The notes under the pieces are model-generated. The model was not told the DNA's origin. It was given only the letters and a program-made list of their open reading frames with translations, and searched no databases. This document shows, one piece after another, positions 54,411-64,000 of a DNA stretch of 64,000 nucleotides; the first letter of the stretch is position 1; every line of letters begins with the position of its first letter. The DNA lies in the NCBI RefSeq assembly GCF_009914755.1, contig NC_060926.1; one strand, written 5' to 3'. The DNA is from the human T2T-CHM13v2.0 reference genome, Homo sapiens. A program made the position numbers and the translations under genes.

Positions 54411-56929
54411 CATGAATTCTTTCAAAAACGTTATTTTTCGTGTCCAATATCTCCCAACTGTTTCTTATCCATAACAACTTGTCCTACTTGATGTTTGCAG
54501 GTGCCTCTATATCTTTCTTAAATACTAATAATGTTTGTTTTAAAATCCCTCCTCCAATACTCACCTCTTGTGTTACAGATAGGCCTCTTTTTGCTTTTCT
54601 TTCTCAATGCTTGAGCTTTATCAATACTGTAAGATTGTTTTTGTCCCAAGCTCAGGTTTGTTTTCTTGAGTCTGTTTGCTCTCTAGACTTTTCCTCCTCT
54701 CTCTTGGTAAAAGTAGGGGCTGAAGAGCAAGACAGATGTCTGAAACAAGTACTCTAATATGAGCTTCAACCATTTCAATTCTTCATGGCATTTTTTTGCA
54801 CCCAAGGTGTCTTCTTCCTACTTCCCAAAGCACTACTTTTGTCTGATAACACCTTTCTTTAGTCTCAATTGCCAGGTCCAAGATAAATGGTATAGCTATA
54901 CAAAAGCTGCTCTGTGTGTAGCCATTCTTTTCATGGCCTTGTTCTGTCATTGTCTTCCTGCATGTGGGTAACGCTACTGCTCTCACACCAGGAACATGTA
55001 CAAGGTGGACCTTCAGGTAATATCATATCCCTGTACTTATTTGTATAACTCACTATTCTGAGTGTTTACCTGGCCAGCAACAACAACCAGTGTGCTCACA
55101 TACCATGTGAGAACATCCATGGGGGTGTGAGCGTGTGGGGCATCAATCAGCTCATGCCCGGGGTGCTCTGTCAGAAGGCAAAGGGTGTAGCTCCAAACTG
55201 CTACAGTTTTCCCACCCCAGCTGGGCTCAGGCCCTATTCGGGTCTCTTAGGCCCTAGCTCTGTTCTTCTCCCAGCCACCATTTTTCTGTATAGTGAGACC
55301 CACGTATCTTCAGTTTTCCAAGTATTTCTGTTTTCTTCTAGTTTACATCCATTCTGACACCTTATATTTTTATTTTCTAATGTCTCCAGGCTTGCTGTGA
55401 GGGACAGCGTAGGCAGATGTAGCAAAATTTGCCGTTTTGATCCAAATTGTAAGCTGCCCTTTATCCTTTCCTGATAAACTTGGATCTCTTCTATCATTTA
55501 TACCTTCTCTTCCCACTGACATGATGGATGAGTTTGACTTCTTATCACTCCGTGGGAGGTGATACTTATAAGAAGACTCCTTTACTCAGAGAAAGGGAAA
55601 AACATAATGATGCGAAATTTTAGGCACAAATGCAAGACATGCTATTATGGGATAACTGTGACTTCTAAATCTCACATTTAGGTAGGAGAATACCTAAAGC
55701 ATTTGCTGGTGAGAACATCTGGCCATAACATATAATGACATCTAATGAAAAGAATTGTTTTTCTTTTTCTCGATATTGGACATTTTAAAAGTAAACAAAT
55801 AAAATTTGGAGGATCTTCTTATGACCCCTGAATAACATCCAACAAGGGCAATGAGAAAGAGCTTTGATCATAAGAGTGAACTTAAATTTGCAGCCAGAAA
55901 AAGTTAATATGCTTGTAATATAATACTAGAGAATGTTATACCAAACATAAAATGTGTTTCTATTTCCTATTCTCATTGTTGATTTACTTTTAAAAATTTA
56001 TTCTCCTTGTTGCTGATATTTAAAGTCAGTTCCTTCAGTAAACTATTAAAATAAATGCGATGTAGAAATGAATTCTATGACTTTTTGTTTCAGCAAATGA
56101 AATTCTATTTGATTTTCAAGTTTTACTTTAGGTTGAAGATGCAAGTTGCATTAGTTAATGGAGTAGTATGAAGATTTGCAGGATATTTTGGTGACAGCAA
56201 TTTTGTCAAGGTTTTGTGCATTTTTTCCTTCTTTGTTCTGATCCACATATGCATACACATTTAGCATAGTATATCAGGAAGTGTAAAAATAAGCCATACA
56301 AATTACTTTATTCTTTTTCATTTCTCATTTGCAGTTTAACCCCCTCTAATCCTTTCCATGAAGATTACTCAATCAAATTAGTTTACTTACTTGCTTTCTT
56401 TCAAGCATGCTTTGTGCTTTCCTTCTCCATTAATTTCTTCATGAGAGTTTTGAGCAGGGAAAACCTTTATTCCTTTTTACCTACATCTTACTCATGTCTC
56501 ACTTCCCTCCATTTCTCTCCCTTCTCAGAAACTTTTCCACAGCATTCTAACTCTAACTCATTGTGACATCATTCTTATTTCAGTTCCCAAAATTTCTTAT
56601 GGCCATTCTAAAGCTCATCACTGGCATAAAATGCATAACATGCTCTCATACCTTATGGTGGGGAGCCTGTGATCTGAGTGATTATGCTGGGGGGGCAAGT
56701 GTTGTGGTAAGAGGCAGATAGACAAGAAAAGCTTGAAGGAGTACCCTTTGATTAAAAAATGCAAAGTCAAATCAGTAGTCAATCAATTGGAGAAGACTGA
56801 GGCATAAGATATTGAGACAAAATCGCAGATGACAAAAATAAAGTAGAAATGATAGAATAGTGGTGTGAGTAGGGAAAGATAGGGTAACTCAGATTAATTT
56901 AGAAATTGTGATCTAACATCACATACATT

Positions 56930-57080
56930 TTATTATATAACATTTGTTACTTACACATGGAATTGTATGTTCAGAGGTTGCTTTCTCGGAGACTATAAAC
57001 ATCATGAGGGTAGAGATAATGTCTGTTGATTCAGGACTGTGATTCAGTGCCTAGAACAGTGCCTGTGTGGGGCTGCACCC
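56930..57080 (+). mobile_element. L2 3' end
   Basis: gactataaacatcatgagggtagaga..tgtctg..cagtgcctagaacagtgcctg. Confidence 0.7.
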
Positions 57081-57542
57081 ATTAAAAAAGCAACAGAACC
57101 AGAAAAATCGTGTTTAGTTAAAAGCAAAACGAAACTATCTTACTTCAAATATTATGACCTTATTGTGAGAAGAAACTAGTATACCTAGTACCTCACTTGA
57201 TGGGTGCTTAATAAACATTGCTTCACTGTGATGAGGAGGAATTCAGCTCATCATAGAGGTCAAATGATTGCCTTATGCATCGAAACCACATGGAAAAACC
57301 AACTTCAGACTAAATCCAAAGCCACTTAGTAAATAGGAATCAGCACATCCACGGACTAAATGCCCTCTAATTTGTGTTGCCAACACAAATCTGTTTGTTT
57401 GTATAAACGCGATCCCATTTATGCCTACAGTGCCTTTATGTGTTTACATTTCCTGCTTGTTTTAATTTCAAAAAACTTTATTTTCAATTTTATTTCAATT
57501 TTCAAAAAACTTTAAGATTGTGACAAGATATAAAAACTTACC

Positions 57543-58000
57543 ATCATATATACATGGAATACTATGCAGCCATACAAAAAAATGAGATCATGTCATACTG
57601 GTATGCTGAGACAAAAGAGATGACACTGGAGATGCTGAGCTTCTCGCTGTTTTTGATGACTGGTATGCTGAGACATGTCCTTTGGAGAAACATGGATGGA
57701 GCTGGGGAAAATTATCCTTAGCAAACTAATGCAGGAACAGGAAACCAAACATGACATGTTCTCACTTATAAGTGGGAGCTTAATGATGAGAACTTATGGA
57801 CACAAAGAAGGGAACAACTGACACTGGGGCCTACTTGAGGGTGGAGGGTGGGAGGAGGGGGAGGAGCAGAAAAAATAACTATTGGGTACTGGGCTTAGTA
57901 CCTGGGTGATTAAATAATCTGTACAAAACCCAGTGACATGAGTTTGCCTATATAGCAAACCTGCACATGTATACCTGCACCTAAAATAAAAGTTAAAAAG
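57543..58000 (+). mobile_element. 5'-truncated L1PA13-16-like 3' end
   Basis: catggaatactatgcagccata..gttctcacttataagtgggagct..ataactattgggtactgggctt..acctaaaataaaagttaaaaa. Confidence 0.88.
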
Positions 58001-58620
58001 AAGAAAATGTAGTATATACATACAATGAAATACTATTTAGCCTTTTAAAGTAAGTATATTCTGATTCATGCTATAACCTGAATGAACCTTGAGAACATTA
58101 TGCAAAATGAAATAAGCCAATTATAATAAAGACAGATGATGCATGATTGCACTTATATGAGACAGCTAGAGTAGTCAAATTCAAATTCAGAAAGAATGAA
58201 AGTATAGTGGTGGTTGCCATGGACTGAAGACAGGGAGGAATGGGGAGTTCGTGTTAATGGGTACAGAGTTTCAGTTTTATAAGATGAAGAGTTCCGGAGA
58301 TGGGTGGTTTTCATGGCTGCACAGCAACATGAATGTACATAATGCCACTAAGCTCTATGCTTAAAAATGGTTAAGATGATAAATTTTATGTCGTGTGTAT
58401 TTTGCCATAATAAAGAATACAAATATTGGAAGTTATTATTTAATGAGTACAGCATCTCAGTTTTGCAATATGAAAACTGCTCTGGAGATGAATGATAGTG
58501 ATCGTTGTACAACAATGTGAATAGGCTTAATACCACTGAACTGTGCACTTAAGCATGGTTAGGATGGTAGGTTTTATATTATGTGTCTTTTACCGCAATA
58601 AAAAGTAATACAAAAAATAA
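58001..58620 (+). mobile_element. L1MB-like 3' end followed by a second copy of the terminal ~180 bp
   Basis: atgaaccttgagaacattatg..ttaatgggtacagagtttcagtttt (to ~58415); second ttaatgagtacagcatctcagttttgca..ttaccgcaataaaaa (~58425-58605). Confidence 0.82.
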
Positions 58621-59384
58621 TCACAGAAAACCTTTAGGTGATAACAGAAGATTTTAAAACAGGTGGCTGAACTAAATCCTTTGACCATGTTAAGATGTAC
58701 ATTTATTTTGTACCAAATTGAAGGCTAGAGTAGCAAGCATAATAAGCAATCAACAGGTATTCCTTTATCTCTTTCACTTAAAGAAATACATAGGATGAGG
58801 AAATTTGGATGTTGACACACATTTCAGCCTTATCAGAAGCAGCATGAGTTATTCTCCCATATAATACGTGGGAAACATGCTTCCCATTGCCAAAAATACC
58901 ACATGAGAAACCTAGTTAATGATGAAGCTAGGAATTTTGCATGGGAATTTAGAAACTGTGAATCATTTTATTAAAAATATGAAAGGCTTGAAAACAAACT
59001 CCTAGTACCAAGTAAGTCTTAAGAAAATCATGGTGGAAATATACAAAAGTAAAGTCTTTTCAAAGTTCAGTTCAGGATTCCAGAATTTTTTCAGGTTTAT
59101 TTTTAAATGTATGTTTGTTAAAGAAATTGGAAGGAAAGCTACAAAAGTGTAGAAATTGGAAAAAACTGTTATAGTTCCATCATTCAAATGCAATCACAGT
59201 TGCATTTTTGGGTACTTCTTTCCAGAATATTTTAATGCACTTTTAAGTTGTAGTAAATGTACCGTAAAATATGTAATTGTTTCCAGCTTTTTTTACTTAA
59301 TATAATAAGCATTTGTTACAAGCATTTATTCATGGAACTGTGAGCTGTTATACATATATATATACGGTTAGTTTGTTTTAATTA

Positions 59385-59689
<305 letters not shown>

Positions 59690-61419
59690 GAGAGTATTAA
59701 GCGTCCAGTGTATTCCAAACCAATCTATATTCTGAGAAAGGTACAAGAAGAACAGAAGTCAAGAACTATGGAGTCCTGAATTTGCAAAGCAAATGAACAG
59801 ATAAAGGTACAAATGAAAGAGAAGTTTCCAGAAGGCAAAATCTTTAATATTCCTAAGTGAAGTTAATCAGTTCCTTCTACTCTACTTTCTTATTCAGGTC
59901 TACATATTTTATCCTGTATTCTAAAATTTCCAGAATTTTCTAACTGATTTGATGGTGAGACCAGAGCTAACCTGAACTCATTTGGGAGCAAATATGATCT
60001 GAACAGATGTGAGGTTATTAATCAACTCCCTGAAGAAATATTAATGTATTTGCTTATTGAGTGCTGTCTTAGGCAAAGAACATTGCAATGCTTGTATGCC
60101 ACCTTTGCTAGACTCTTAGCTTTTTGAAAGGAGACACCTTTGTCTCCCCAGTACCTTGTGCATAACAGATGTTCAATTAATGATTGCTGTGGCCTGCTGT
60201 ACCTGACAGAAGAATTAGGCACTGGAATGTCAATAGCAGGTACAAGCAGATGAATCATGGGACCCCATTTCTTAGCCTGTGGATCCCCAGAGATCCTCCT
60301 GTGGTAACATTTCAGGGCATGCTCATCACTAGCTTGGACATGTTTTTTTTTTTCTTTGAAGGTTAAACTCCAGCCAAATTTGAGATTTGTAATGTTACTT
60401 AGCAGCAGTGTTGAAGGATGTAAAATTCTCATAGACTTATGTAATTTACTGTATTTCTAGATGATCACATCATCTGGATTGACAAACATCGTATTTTGAA
60501 CTTTTGCTTTTACTGTCTCTTAAATTCGCTACTTTAAGTCAGGGGCTCATGTTTGGATAATCTTTTATTTTGCTTCAGGGTCACTGTGCAAAGATATGCT
60601 ATTTAAGTGTAAACCTATTTGTTTGCAAATATGAGCATGTCTCTTTTGATTAAATCCAAAATTACCTTCCATTTCAGTCTTTCCAAATTTCCCCAAAGTT
60701 CTAGCAGCTTTCTTTCTTTCTTTCTTTACATTGACAAATCACTTTCTCCAAACTCTGAGCTCCTTAAGGAGAAAGACCTAATTCCAGTGTTCAGAATCCT
60801 ATTTGATATATGTAGTGCTCAGTAATTTTTGGTCAAAGTTTTAAAGTTATTGCCACTGTTCTTTTATGTACACTGAGCTTATACTCATAAACTTCTGATA
60901 CATGGAAAGCAAACAGGAAAGCAACTAGGAGTGTCAGTATGTTTAAAATATTTATATAATAGCCAGGGGCACCTTAAATACCACCCAGCTCCACTTTTCT
61001 CATTGACCATGTAGGCAGAAAGTGTGTTCTAAGTGACTGGCAGAACTAAGTGTCAAGCTGAGACTTAGCACCCAGGCTGTTGTGCTCTTGTCTTGATTTT
61101 GCTTCAGGTTAAGCTGCAAATTGCAATAGGCTCTAGATAAGTGAATCTTTTGCACAGAGCAGGCACTCATAAAACATCTATTGATTCAAATGTCACCATG
61201 AGAAACAGACCACTAGTAAAAAGAAATGCCCAGATTGGCAGGAAGGACATTACAAAGTAAGATCCCATTCTTGGAATCAGTTGTATCCCTTTAGTCACGA
61301 ACCTCGATTTGAAAAGCAGTCTGGACTTTATTCAGACTCCATAAAGAGATGGTAGTTTCTATTCTTCATCTTTTAGGGTCTGAAGGGGAATAGGAAAGGG
61401 CCATTTAGAATCATTCTTA

Positions 61420-63170
<1,751 letters not shown>

Positions 63171-64000
63171 AAAAGGAGTATTTAGAATAAATCTACAGAG
63201 AATTTGGTTGGATCATAGGGAATTTCAAGAAAAAAAGTTGAATTGAGGTATACTTTCAGAAAGATATTTTGGAGCAAACTTTCAAATAGCCCTGAAGTTA
63301 TCATAAAAAACAACAGCATTTCACTTAATGGAGTCAGGGAAAGCTTCTCTCAAGTCAGCGAACACAGCCACAGCTCAGTACAAGATTAACCTGCCAGCTA
63401 GCAGTGAGCCAGTGGCCTGGACTGTGGAGCCACACAAGGCTGAGAGACCACCTAGGACCTTGACTACAGCCCAGGCAAGGAGTTGTGAGGACTTCGAGTG
63501 GAGGTGAGAATCAGGAATGTAGAATAATCAAGAGATAGATCATCCATAGGTGGCCAGAGTGAGGAGATAGGAATTAAGGATAGCTCTGGAGTCTGATTCT
63601 GGCTGACCAGGAGGATAATGTGCAACTAATAAAAACTAGAGGTGCTGGATGAAGGATAGTTTTTGAGAAGAGAGGCATTTTTTTTGTATATTACTTATGC
63701 TTTATTACTTAGGGCTTTGAGACCAAAATAATTAAGTGACGTCCCAAGGCACATTTTTTACCAGTGAGACAAGAATATAACTTTCTTTCTCCTAGTTCAC
63801 AGTATTTTTCACTTTATGCCTTCTTTCTGCTTAATGATTTGTCTGGATTAGCTATTGTTTAAGCTTCCTCCTTATGTATAACTTGAATTTTTTGTAGGTA
63901 AAGCAAATCTCTGTTTTTATTTATTTTTGTTCTTTCCTCAGAACAGAGATAGGTCTTTTACCTAGTGATAATTATTTAACTGACACTTTGTATTATTTTT

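Noticed and set aside
57595-57679. C/D box snoRNA or mini-CRISPR interpretation of the insert (TGATGA, CTGA, repeated 17-mer)
   Set aside because: Box order and spacing and a terminal stem do not fit a snoRNA; only 2-3 irregular repeats, eukaryotic context and no cas genes

Overview
Primate (simian, plausibly human) genomic DNA. It is AT-rich, CpG-depleted and dominated by interspersed repeats: L1, Alu including an AluY-like copy, MIR, L2, MaLR/ERVL/ERV1 LTRs, hAT MITEs and microsatellites. I see no protein-coding exon, tRNA, rRNA, CRISPR or CpG island; the ORFs with recognisable homology are decayed transposon reading frames and the rest look like chance ORFs. It looks intergenic or deep-intronic. 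The first ~10.9 kb is a four-level nested L1/LTR complex. Its L1 copies share apparently non-consensus variants, and it contains an inverted internal piece flanked by a 29-bp direct repeat. Elsewhere there is a decayed LTR16/ERV3-16A3-type provirus, intact solo LTRs with TSDs, an orphan internal L1PA ORF2 fragment at a deletion-like junction, several templated-insertion or palindrome scars, and a few TE-poor blocks that could be regulatory or lncRNA exons. I found no evidence for a novel biological system. Subfamily names come from remembered consensus sequences, and boundaries without TSDs are approximate.
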